Origin: Paragordius varius
Taxonomy: Eukaryota > Animalia > Nematomorpha
DNA: 64,000 bases
Direction: 5' to 3'
NCBI GenBank assembly: GCA_964247055.1
Contig: OZ176054.1
Span: 11,842,001-11,906,000 of the forward strand
Both the position numbers and the translations under genes were made by a program. Below, in pieces: positions 47,707-61,200 of the stretch. How positions within the stretch are numbered: the stretch's first letter is position 1; the number at the start of each line of letters is the position of its first letter. Under the pieces are notes generated by a model. That model did not search any database. It was not told the origin of the DNA and was given only the letters and a program-made list of their open reading frames with translations.

Positions 47707-48287
47707 ATGCGGTACGTAGCGGCATTCCTATTATCCAAGTTGGGTGGAAACGAAAATCCATCAGCAAATGATTTGAAACACATTTTAGAATCAGTTGGTG
47801 TAGGGATCGAAGAAGAAAATTTAAATTTTGTTATCAATCAACTCAAAGGCAAAAATGTTGAGGAAATTATTGCTGAAGGTTTAATTTTTTATTTTAATAT
47901 ATTTTAGGTGGCAAAAAATTGGGAACCCTTTCCTTTGGTGGTGGTGCTGGTGGAGCCGCCCCTGTAGCAGATTCTAAAGGTGCGAAACCCGCTGGAGATG
48001 CCAAAAAAGCCGACGAAAAACGTATTTTATTAATATTTTATTTTTAAAAGGTGCAATATTGAAAGACAAAAATTATTTGTAATTTTTATTTTGTATACCT
48101 ATCTGTGCATAATAAATAAAGGTAATAAGACTAAACACTTATATAAACACTTATATTTAAAATGTTGGAAAATTATGTTTTTTCTCTTATTATAAATTTA
48201 TTTTTTTTCTAAAATTTAGCTGCTAAAGAAGAGAAAAAAGAGGAATCTGAAGAAGACGAAGATATGGGATTCGGACTTTTCGATTAA
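47707..48287 (+). CDS. RPLP2: 60S acidic ribosomal protein P2, 117 aa; exons 47707-47878, 47908-48021, 48220-48287
   Basis: MRYVAAFLLSKLGGN...ILESVG...LKGKNVEEIIAEG and C-terminal EESEEDEDMGFGLFD. Confidence 0.97.
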
Positions 48288-49982
48288 TTTTTTTAATTAT
48301 AATATTTAATAAATATATAAAAATAACTTTTATTAAACTTGTAATCTTTTCACTTATATGTTCGCGACGGCATATTGCGGTAATTTTATATCCCAATCTT
48401 ATCAATACTGTTTAAAAATATTTTATTTATAATTATCAAGCATTGTTTTCCTATATTAGATAAAAAAACTTTTATTTTACAGCTTTATGACAGCTTCAAA
48501 ACATGATTGAACTAAACACTTGATTTTAAAATAAATAAACATCTAGTTTTTGTTGGTAAAATGCAACCTGAAACCTTACTAAATTATATTTTTAACCATA
48601 TACATTAATTTGACTATTCTATAACGATTTGAAATAAAACGGTGAAATAGTTTGAGATTAGGTTTTCTTAATATATTAATACAAAAAATTTTTTTATATT
48701 ATGCGCCTAAAAGACTAAAGAAAGCATATTTTTAAATTTCGCCCAAACCTTACATAATTTAAATTCCAAATCAGTAAAACTACCCCAAAAGGTCATAAAG
48801 TGTTAATATATTATATGTTTTTAAAACCATGGATACTTTTATTAAATTAAAATATGACTCTATCTTTAATATTATTCCTTATATATTTTTTGATTAAATA
48901 TTTTTAAGAATTAATTGTTATACATTTATTTTATGCTAGCTTGCATCAAAAAATTTACAATAAAATGTTTAGATCTCATAAAAAGAAAGCCTTATAAAAG
49001 AAAAAATATTTTATAATACTATTTTAGAAATAAAGAACCATGTTATCAGTTTTTAAGTCGTTAAAATTTGGATCCTGGTATCTAAAAAATCGAAAACTTA
49101 TAAATATTTACAGGTGATTTTTATATATTGAATTAACTTATAATAGTGTCGTGACTTGTATAATAAATATATGTCAAAATAAAATTTAACTTAATCATAT
49201 ATCTTTTGAATGTTTTTTTTTGAAACTCATCACAATTATAGTTACATTTCAAAAAATAGATAATCAAAAGCTTTTGAATGTATTTTAAGATGCTGGAAAA
49301 ATTTCTGATCAGCGGGGAAAAATATATATTCATAAATTTTTAGATATTATTTCAAAATGTTTTTATTAAGGAATCAAAACTAAAATAAATATTTTTTCTA
49401 GAGGACATTAAGAAAGTGAATAAGGGTGATACTTTATAAATATTTGCAGATTAATTAAAGCAATTGGTTGCACTTGATTACATATGATTAAAATCCATCC
49501 GATTCCTTTTCGTATGACAACTAAAAATGATTTATCTAAATCGAAACTATTCATTAAATTTTTATTTTATTCATTGTTACTGCGTTATACATAGTGAGTG
49601 CCATATTGTATTCACACATTTTTATATCAGAGCTCTATCGCATTGTTAATTAATTAGGCGTGGGCGCCGCTTGTGTTAATAAAAATATACACGTACGTAT
49701 TACAATATAAAATATATAATTTTGTGTTATAGGATTATAAAAAATTTGTGAAACATTGTTTAAAATATTCACTCGGTAGTATTTAAGCTTTAGATAATAA
49801 TGTATAATTTTCTATTATTTTATCATTATTATATATCAGTTATTTTATGTGTGATAGTATTTTCAAAAGTTGATAAAATACATTATTATAGGAGAGTGGA
49901 ACGGGAATGTGTGTTTAAAGACAAAGAAATAATATTTTTTTATACAGTAAACAGCGATATTATTGGTTATATTAGACTTTCA

Positions 49983-50189
49983 CAGTAAAAATTAAAGATA
50001 TACGGACAAAACGTAAATATATAAAGACAAATTGCTTTAAACTTTTCAAAATAACTTAATGTTTTAAATTGCAAAATGTAATACAAAAATGTATATTGGT
50101 AACACAATTTTAAAGTAGGGTTGTCTTTTAAAAAAATATCTGTCTTTATATTTTTACGTTTTGTCCATATAATCCCAATTTTTACTGTA
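49983..50189. mobile_element. MITE family C copy (CAGT...ACTG followed by TA, Tc1/pogo-like)
   Basis: About 50-bp TIRs CAGTAAAAATTAAAGATATACGGACAAAACGTAAATATATAAAGACA / TGTCTTTATATTTTTACGTTTTGTCCATATAATCCCAATTTTTACTG. Confidence 0.85.
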
Positions 50190-50962
50190 ATTGGTTAATA
50201 GAGAGCTACAAATGTAAATGCATATATGCAAGTGTATGGGTTAAGTGTGGCAAAAATAATTTTTCTTTATACTTACATTTTTTTCTTCCATTAACCAATT
50301 AATAAACGTATTTAACCGATAATATGGTACAATTTGCTAAAAAAATGGTTTAGTATAAAATATAAAATTATTTTTTTTGTTCATGAATGCATGAGAGGAC
50401 ATGATGTGATTGTGAAAAGCTTTCAACAAATTATCTCATATATTATATAAAACAGTACAGCAAAACAGAAATATCCCATTGGTTATTAAGGAATTTAACT
50501 GGTGCATAAATATGTTTATAATTATACGTCCGTCTTTAAATTTTACATAATCTGAAAAAAATGAATTTACACATGCAATAAAACCCTATATTCACCAATT
50601 AATGTACCTTTATAACGAATAATATGACTCTTTACTGTTCTTATATCAATTATTATATGGTTTAACATGTTCGTTTTGAAAAGACTAAAAAAATGATGCA
50701 ATGCAAATCAAAACACTATAAAGATTTGAAAGTTTATTAAGTGCTGTGCCAATTCATTGTATAAAAAATTTACTAAATTAATTATTCTATTATAATTTAA
50801 TCTTTTTAAAAAAAGTTAATGTGTGTATATGGTTAATGGATATTATTGCAACAAATATTTGGCAAATATAAAACAGTATTTACAAAACCGAAACATGCCT
50901 TGATAACTTTTCAACAAATTGTCTTCAGAATAGATTTTATATTTTACCGCTAAATTTATATT

Positions 50963-53900
50963 TTATGATGGTCTATCAGGGATTCTAGGAGGTAGGGTTG
51001 GGGCACCAGAACTAGTACTGTTGATTCTTCTAAAAGTTATAAAAGAAAAAAATTATACTTTTTGTTTTGGGTAAAACGTATAGGAGTGGAAATGGTAATT
51101 TATAAAGAATAAAATCTTTGATCAAAATTAAACCATATTTTTTCAACGTTGATAATTTTGATATAACTTAATGCTTTTACGTAATATAAAAGATCAATTT
51201 TATGTGTTAAATTGTAATCACATAGGTTATATAGGCAAAATCAAGGTTCAAAAAATATAATTCCCTTTTTTTGGAAGAATGATTTTTTTAAAAAAACGAG
51301 AAAAAAATACTGAGGTATTAGGGGTGGGGGTAATTCTGACATCATACCAACTGGCGTTGAAGGAAGTGGTCTATTGCCAGGAACTGGTCGACCTTATTCA
51401 TATATGTATAAATAAATGATAAAATTAAAATATAGACGGGTGATAAATTTATAAAGAGTAAAATATATTTATTTTATACCCAAAATAAAATAATATTATT
51501 ATGCTTATTTAATTTATTTATAGTGAAAAATCTCAAACTTGCCAACATACATTAAAATCTGTTTATTACTACAACAGTAAAAATTGAAATTATTGTACTT
51601 TTTTAAACCTGATTTAAATAAAATAAACTCAACGTTTAAAATTACAAATTATGAGATAAAGATGTATAGGTTACATGCCCTTAAATTTATATTAGAGAAC
51701 CAAAAAAATGTTCAAAAAATGAATTTTTTCACAATAAATAAAGACACTTTGATGGCAAAAAGAGAGGTAAATTATAAAACTCTTTTTCCTTTCAAAAAAA
51801 AACCTGCAGAAGGTATCCCAGGGGCTGGTCTTTGAGGATTTAACCCAGCAGGCCCTCCTAAACTACTTAAACTGCTTTGTTGTTTGAATGCCGTGTTTCC
51901 AATAGTTGATTGCTTAGTATTGTTAACATTTTTACTGTTATTCATGTAATATGAATTAAGATTAATATCATTCTCATCACCATTATTGGTATTAAGTGTT
52001 AAACCGTGCGTAAGGGGTGATGTAGGCGTACTCGCGGCCCTGTGTAAAAACATAAAAAAAATTGTGAATTATATCAAAAGATATATTAGTGGAATATGCG
52101 CAATTTTATATTCGATGAGAAATTCTAATTTAACACAAATTGATAAAATAAATTTTGTATCAATGGGAAAAATATTTGTTAAAGACATATTTGTAAGGTG
52201 ATTCGTTTTTTACATGCATTGTTGTTTTAAGTAAAATGACTTTTGCACTAATATTTTCAATGCAATACTACTAGATAAGTGGTCATAAAACTGGGATTTA
52301 TTTATTTTATAACATAAACATGTTAAAAACGTTGGGTAAGGCGATTGTTAAAATAAAAAACAAATTTTTGTGTTATTTTTCACGGTTTTTTCTTTTATTT
52401 TTAAAAACACAAAGATATTTGGTAATATTCCAATCTTAAAAAATATTCCCTCAAAATATCGCGTAGAATAAGTTTGATTTTATTAACCATACGTAAAGAC
52501 TAAAAATGATAATTTAAAACGACAAAGAAAACTTATAAAATTTATGTTTTGAATTTTAAGATTTTAATAATAAATTTGGTTAATATGCGATAAATTTTTT
52601 TAAAAATAACCATTTTTTAAATATACATTGTTTATAGTCTTGCATTTGTTTATGCCAAACGATTTTTAAATTGCAAAAAATTTATTGCGTCAAAAAACCA
52701 TTTTTTAATATAAAATTATAAGCCTTAAAAAACCATTTTTTTATGCGTACAAGATGTATTCATAAATTAATTCCGGTTTAAGTAAAAGAAGACGCCAGAG
52801 TCAAAAACGCAGACGATTAATTAATATATACCCCTTATTCATCTAACAATAAAAGGCACACACAATTTGATTTCACCAAAAACTAGCGTAATATTATCGG
52901 AAATCATGTCGAATATTTTACATGAAAAAGAACATTTGCGGCACGCATGCCATCAGAAGAAAAATGCTGTTGGAAGTTATGGCTTGCGGGCAGAAACTTC
53001 TGGTCAGCAGCTCTATCGAATAACAAATGAACATGGTTTTGAAATATTAAAAGTGTGATTTCTTGTGAAAAGTGTGGGCGCTCTGGTAGACCATACTGTG
53101 ATGAGGCTAAAATGCAAGATTTATTGAAGGACCCGATCCAAACTTAAAAACAATTGGCAGATGCATTATAATCATCACAAAAAACAATCAATAGATGTCT
53201 AAGAGCAATGGTAAAGACCAATAAGCTCGGTAAATGGGTCAATTCGAATAGTCAAATCAATCGCAAAATGTCAGAAATTCTGCCTTAATGACACGAAAAA
53301 AATCATTTTTGCATCGAATTGGGACAGGTTATGAGTAATGGCTTGATTTTTAAATCCAAAGCACTTTCAACTTGCTAAGCCGTTCGTTAAGATCAAATTG
53401 CTTAGGCAAGAAAACCATGCTCCTATGCCTTGTAAGCAGAGCGGTAATGTGTATTTTAAATTTTGAAATTGTTAATATCCAACACAATCACTAAAAATTA
53501 CCTAATTTAAACCATGTATTAATCGAAATCGACCGAATTGAGCCAGAAAACATGGCAAAACAATTGTGCGACATGACAATGCTAATCGCACAGCAGACAC
53601 CTTAAAATCGTTTCGATGGGTTACTACATCCACTGAACTCTCCAGACATGGTGCCATCTGATGAATACAACTTCACATCAATAAGATCTCGCAGAGCAGC
53701 ACTTCAATAATTTCGAAGACTTTAAATGGCATGACGAATGTTTTGCCGCAAAAATCAATCAGTTTTTCAGGCTGGTCATTCATATACTACCTGAGAGATG
53801 AGCAAAATGTGTAAAGACAGGTGTACAATATTTTGAGTAAAATTCATTTTAACATGTGTTTTTACCAAAAACCGGTAAAACATGTGAATACACCTGATAT

Positions 53901-56100
53901 TCAATAAATAAAAAATCTTTCTTACATTTGTTTATGTCGATTGGCTCCACCAAATGTGGCCGAGAGTGTTCCGTTCATAGCCAATCCATGCTGAGAGGTG
54001 GATGAGGGTGCATATTTTGCCGATAAATTTCCAGCAAAAAGGCCTAAATTAAGACCTAAACCAGTTGATGGTGTAACATTAACAAGATTATTTGATGAGC
54101 TTGAAGCGATTATAGCAGTAGATAAAAAACTATTATTTGTATTGTTGTTGTGGTTAAGAGCATTTCTAGGTGTTGTACCAACATTATTTGTCGGTCCTCC
54201 CCCGAACCCGCTCAAATCGAGTTGATCGATAAGGAAAGCCGCAGAGTTTGAATTGGAGTTTGTAACATTATCTTTTGCACCTTTTTTAAGGCCACCTGGG
54301 CTACCTATTTTTAATATTGGTTATGTGTAAAATTATATATGCGACACAAAAAAAGTGCAAACACATTATTTTTGTTATCTGTCCTAAAATAAGAAGGAAA
54401 AGTCGATACTAACATCTTAGGTTAGATTTTCATGTTAAATAATTATAATTGGTTTGACTGTTCATTCACGGTCATAAGTAGTCATCATTGCCACAAATAT
54501 AAGTTATACGGTTAACTACAGGTTAACAGTTTAAATTGAATTTAATAGTTTTTAATATATTATAAACAATTAATAATTAGGTAAATTTTGGATTTCTATT
54601 TTTTCCATTCATCATATAACGGATCACAGTCCTGAAACCCTAAAGGCAAACGTTCATATAACATTCTAACAAATTATTTACCAACAAAGAAAGCTCATTT
54701 ATGGTTATTAAAATTTTTCTCGAAAAACTTCTTCCTGTTTTATATCATACCATAATCAAAAGTCTAAATATATTATACCATTTACACTTCAAGAGTGTCC
54801 TTGAACAATTCAAGTTGGTCCTTGAACAGTTCAAGTTGGTCCTTGAACAATTCAAGTTGGTCCTTTAACTTTTTTGTTTTGTTTTTAACTTTTATCAATC
54901 AAATCGAAAATAATTCGTCTATTTTATTGTTTTTAACCTATTTTCTATAATTTAACATAAATTTTAAATCGATATCAACTTTTAATCTTTGAAAAACCGT
55001 ATATCTTTATTAATTTCTTAAAATAAATTTAGATATTTATAAGATTTTAACACGAAATGAAAAATTATATAAGTTTTCTGGGTTATTTATTAAAATTTTT
55101 CATTAAAAACATTCAAAAGTCAATAATTTTGTTCAATTGAAAAAAAATAGTTTTAAACAAAAAAAAGTGGTTTTTTAATAAAAAAATTTATTTTAAATGA
55201 ATAAATATATAATAAATAAAGAAAATTAGGTTAATAAAAAATTAAATAAAAAAATAAATGCAAAAATTATGGTTAAATCAAAATTTATAAATTTTAAGGA
55301 CCAACTTGAACTGTTCAAGGACCAACTTGAATTGTTCAAGGACCAACTTGAATTGTTCAAGGACCAACTTGAATTGTTCAAGGACCAACTTGAACTGTTC
55401 AAGGACCAACTTGAATTGTTCAAGGACCAACTTGAACTGTTCAAGGACCAACTTGAATTGTTCAAGGACCAACTTGAACTGTTCAAGGACCAACTTGAAT
55501 TGTTCAAGGACCAACTTGAATTGTTCAAGGACCAACTTGAATTGTTCAAGGACACTCTTGAAGTGTAAATGGTATATGTTAAAGACATAATATTCTAATA
55601 CCATTGACCATGACATTGATAGATTGTTGGTTATTATGATGTGTTAGAAGTGTACTCATATTTATATCTCCAATAATTTTGAGGGCATCTTTACAAGCCG
55701 AATACATTCGTAAAAGATCTTGCCTTCTGGCCTCCTCTTCTGCACTCTCCTCCATAAGCGTATTCTGTAATTTATAATAAACATGCATTATAATAAGTAA
55801 TTTGAAACTGAATGAAATGCAATGTAATTTAAATATGGATTTATGATTAGAAACTTTGTCGAGCAGAAAGCAAAATAAAGTAAAAATATAAATTATGTAA
55901 ATGTTATGCAAAAATATGCAAAATATTTAATATCCTATAACCATGATAAAAGTAATCAGATATACCATATGTATATCCTGAAAATTGGGATATATGTGGC
56001 ACTTTTAAAAGTAATATTCTTTATGAAATGGATTAATGTTTAATTGTAACTTTTGGCATAAAAAATCTTTAACTAAAGGAGGGTTGACCTTAAAAAGGGA

Positions 56101-56136
<36 letters not shown>

Positions 56137-58162
56137 GCCAATATAAGGCAGATCATTATATTTTATATGAGTAAAAACAACTCTTGGAAGAGCGTTGAAG
56201 TAAATTTATTTTTTTAAAAAAAACAATTTCTGCACTTTTTTGTAAATGATTGAAAAATTAAATTAAATATTTTTATAACTAATCTCTTAAAATATGTCAT
56301 AGAAAAAAAATGTTTAAATAAAATTTATGAATGGTAAAAACTATGTAAAAAAATTTACTTGATCACCGGTTTGGTACAAATTTGCCAACAATTCATTGTG
56401 TATAAATTCTTTAGTCTGAAATATAAAATTATAAAAAAAACAATATTCATAATAAACGCTTTTCTTGATGATATAAAATAAATTATATTTTACAGTTGTT
56501 ACATCATTAAAGGGTAAGGATTTTTGTAAAAATAAAAAATTTAAACAAAAGATATTTTTATTTTAGTTCAAAATATTTGATTAATTAAAAAACTCTATAA
56601 CGATTCGGTTCTAAACTATTTGAAAAACCTATAACCTTAAAACTTGCAACAATTTTCAGATGCATTAAATATAATTTTGCGGAAACAGAACAACCCCTGT
56701 CGATATTACTAAACCATTATATCGACATATACATATTGATATTGAGTCAGATAACATTTTTATTAAAATAAAATTAATAAAAAGTATTCAAAAATGTTAC
56801 ATTTTTGTCAAAAAAAGAGTTGGAAAACTGATAATAAACTCTATACATTTTACTTTAATTTATATAAATTAGTCTAAAAACATCCACTTACATTAGTTAT
56901 CATAAAATACATGACAGTTTTAGGGACAAGATCTTTCACCTCTTTCGTAACAATTTTGAGGTAACTTTCAACCAAATTCCTAATCGTTTCGACTTGGCGT
57001 TCAAGCAAGGGATCCATACTGGTATCACCAGTTGCCTATTTAATTTAATAATTATTGCTTTATTGTATAAAAAAATTATATTTTTTATAACATTTCAAAT
57101 ATTTATCTTAATTTTAAAGTAATTGGAAATAAAAATGATTATAATAGAGAAAATTTCATAAATTTCTATAATAATATGCTATATATATACCATTTCAGTT
57201 CAAATCCATCCCACCATAAAATTGTATTTTAAGATTATGTTACCATTATTTTAATTTCAAAATATAAAATTCTGTTTAATAATATAATTCTGAAAAAATA
57301 ATAAACTATGCCGTATTATATCAATGATATGTTATATTAACATGAAAACACACAATTGATTTTAAGGGTGAATTTGAATTGTAAATAGTATATATCATTT
57401 TAACATGTTTTGTAACATTATCATATATTAGTGAAAGTAAAAATTTGGACAACATTAAATAAAGGATAACATTTTAATCATATAAATAATATTTTATTAA
57501 TACCATAAAAATGACATAAAAACTATAAATTACTATATCTTTTCAGAATATTTTATCGCAGTTACAATCAACACCATAAAAAAACTTATAAAGTGGTAGT
57601 TTAAAAAAGAAAACAATTTCATTGCCTTAATAAAACCACAAGAAGAATGTTATAAAACATGGATTTTATCCAGATCCTATGAGCACCCTTCATTTTTTTA
57701 AATTAGCGTTACTTTTTATGTCTCGCTATAATGGATAAAATGGAATAGCTAAAAAAACTAAAATATATAGTTTAAATATTTACACTTTAACCGATAAAAA
57801 AATCACAAAAATTAGAATTATAAAATATCGTAAAGATTAAATTAATTACCTCTAAATACTATAATATATTACAAAAAAAAACCAATTTTTTCTGATAATA
57901 TAAAACAAAAAATAAATCAAAATGTAGTTACATCAATTTGTGCCTCTTTGTGAGGATAAACTCCAGCTCTCAGGAATGAAGCCTTCCAACCATCCATTTC
58001 CTCTGCACTTTGACACGATAATTCCAATTGTTTATATTCTTTGTAAACGTTTCTAGGGTTATTTATGGAAATATAGATTAAAAAGTTAAAAAAATAATTT
58101 TTAGAATAAATTGAATTGGTAAAATGTGAGCTTATATAGAGTTTTTACTGATAAATGTTGGG

Positions 58163-58204
<42 letters not shown>

Positions 58205-61200
58205 AAAAGAGTTTAATACAAAATAAACTTTATAAAATTTGCGTTTAAATTATACTGTGCTAAGATAATGTTTTTTTAACTAACAAAAAAATATTTTTAG
58301 GTAGGGCTTCATTATTTGCTTAATTTTGATATTTTTTTTTAATTTTAAAAATAAGCTATTTTTTATAGAATACAATAGTTACGTTGGCTAATAAGCCAAT
58401 CATAAATCTATTGTAACTATTTTTTTCTTTTAAAGAATTATAAATGATTAGTAAAATAAATAAAATGACAAAAAATGATATAATTTTTCAAAAAAAAGAT
58501 TTAGGCATCGGAAGTTCTATCATTAAAACGGTTTAGTGCGTTTTTAATTATTTAGTTCTTAAACAATAAAACGATAAATGGTTAAAAAGGTGATACATAT
58601 ATATTAGATATACCATTTACAGTTCAAATTCACCCTAAAAATAAATTATGTGTCTTCGAATTAATATAACTCATTATTAATATGAAATATATCTATTGGC
58701 ATAGGTTATTATTTTTTCAGTATTAAATTAATTTAAAACAAAATTTTATTTATTAAAAATATATAAAAATATAGCTAATTTTTAATCTTAAAAAAACATA
58801 TAGTTTATTTGAGGGTGAATTTGAATTCTAAATGGTATATATATATAATGGACAAAGGAAACCTGCCCTCCGTATTAAACAAAGAAAATAGGTGTCGACG
58901 AGAAAACATGCTTTGTTCAAGGTCACGAATTTTTAAATTATCCAACGGTAATCGGTACTTCATATCTTTTTCCTAAAAACACTTATTTTTGTCAAAAACA
59001 TAAAACTACCTTGAAAGTTATATATCGTTTAACACAGAAAAAGTAAAGTAAAGGATTTAATATTTTTTGTCTATTTCCTTTATTTCTGTAATTGAATATT
59101 GATATATAAATATATTCCAATTTACATTTCAAATCATTTAAAAACTGGCCAAAACGAAAGCCCGTATTACACATATCAATTTTATGGTTTTCTTTATTAT
59201 ATATATATTAATATTTCCCAATATTTTATAGTTTAGTTAGTGTAAATTTTTTAAAAAGTTTAAAGTTTTAGAAACTTTACTTGAAAAATTTAATTAATAT
59301 AAAAATACCTCTTCGTCCTTAAACCAAGTCAAATTTTCGGCCGTTAATACAAACCAATAATCTTTGGAACCGCCTCGCATTATACTAATGTTATGTATGG
59401 ACATGTAGCCTTTGCGAATAACCTAAAACCACAATAATTTTATAATTTTTCTATAAATAAAAATTATAAAAAATTTAATCCATATATATACTTGATTTCC
59501 CAATTTACGTTTAGATGTATTTTCGTTCGTATTTTGTTCCGCGCTATATATATGCATATATATTTTATTAAATATGAATTTTCAAATATTTAGATTTTAA
59601 AAAAATATAATACTTTTATGCTAATTTATCTATTTATTTAATAAAAATTGTATTTTGTAAAATCGGAAATCATTAGACTTTTCAAGTAAATTAAACATTA
59701 GTGATTTTCAATATTTTTAAAATATTAAAATTAATGTTTATTTATTCTACTTAAAACAAAAGTTATTTTATAAGGTAAAAACAAAAAATAATTTTATTAA
59801 CACTGTAACGAAATAATTAGGGATAAGTTACAAATATTTCACACAATTATCATTTAAGCTAAAAATATCCCAACGTTTTTTAATGGGCAAAAAATATTTT
59901 AAACCGAAAAGCAAACACGAGCGATATTGGTTTATAATTTTTAAAAAACACACCTAATTAACCTTTCCTTATATGTTCAATTTTTACTGTAAATTATATT
60001 ACACATTACTTGTGAAATCCGATAAAATCTTCATGATTAGTGTTCATATAAGCCAATTGAATTTCAATCATAAGTATAAGTTGATCCTTGGCTTTTTGTT
60101 CTTGTTCCCTTAAATGACTCATAATTATCCGTTCAGTTTCTTCTCTAAGCCGAGGGAAAGATGCCATCTAAATAAACAAAGTAAAAATAAAATTTTGTTT
60201 TAAATTACAGTAAAAAAATGTTAATTATAAAGAGACATACTCCATACACTGATGACAATTTGCTTTGTTGAAAAGACAACCATACTTTTTTTAAAACTTT
60301 GATTCAAAATATAAAGATGGAAAATGGTAACATAAACTAAAACTATATCATTTATAAAGAATGTATTTATAAAAATATTGCTGTCTTTATAAAATTAGTT
60401 TTACGTTTTGGATTATTTCAAAATTTATCCTAAAGCAGAGGTGGTGACCAACACAAATGGCTTCGCGGGCCACATTTTAGGATCGAAAAATCCGAAATAT
60501 ATGGGAATATTATATTTATTACATTTCATTAAGATTTATTTAACAATTTTTGTAAATTCATTGCCTCTAAATTCGGAGAGATTTATTCATAAAATTGGTT
60601 TAAAAAAATTTGTTTAAGAATTTATATGTTAAGAACCGCATGTCAAACACCCCCCGTTTGTATTGACAAATCAAATAATAAAAACTGCGCTTCGATGCAG
60701 TTCGTGCTAATTAAAGGCAGCAGTCACCATTAAAAATAAAAAATAAAAATAATGTTATACATTAAACAGAATAATTTTAAGCGTTTATATTGATTAACAA
60801 ATAATTCAAATTTGATAAATATATAAATATTCATTTTTAACATTTCAGTCATGTATCATTTATTTTATCAAAAATTTATTTTTTTTCGTTAAATGGGTAT
60901 AAATATTTGGTAAAGAATGGAAAAAAACAAGAGCTCTATGGTAATTCTTATAATTTTTCAATGAACATAGTATTGTTAATACCATAGAGCTCTTATTTTT
61001 TCCATTCTTTACCAAATATTTATACCCATTTAACGAAAAAAATTTTTTTTTGATAAAATAAAGGATACCTGACTGTAAATTAAATTAAGTTTTCTTACTG
61101 TTTAAATTTTATGATTACGTGTAAACATATCTTTTATTATCTCAAAGTGGTCATAAACGCAGCCATGAGTTATTATACCCACCCTACTTTTAAGCAAAAA

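Noticed and set aside
54774-54870. TTGAA-N3-TTCAA units as heat-shock or STAT elements
   Set aside because: The spacing (GAA-N3-TTC) fits neither nGAAnnTTCn nor TTC-N3-GAA.
55226-55616. Four overlapping repetitive ORFs and a CRISPR-like look
   Set aside because: These are head-to-tail 21-bp units without unique spacers inside a MITE arm in a eukaryotic intron; the ORFs are a by-product of a stop-free unit.
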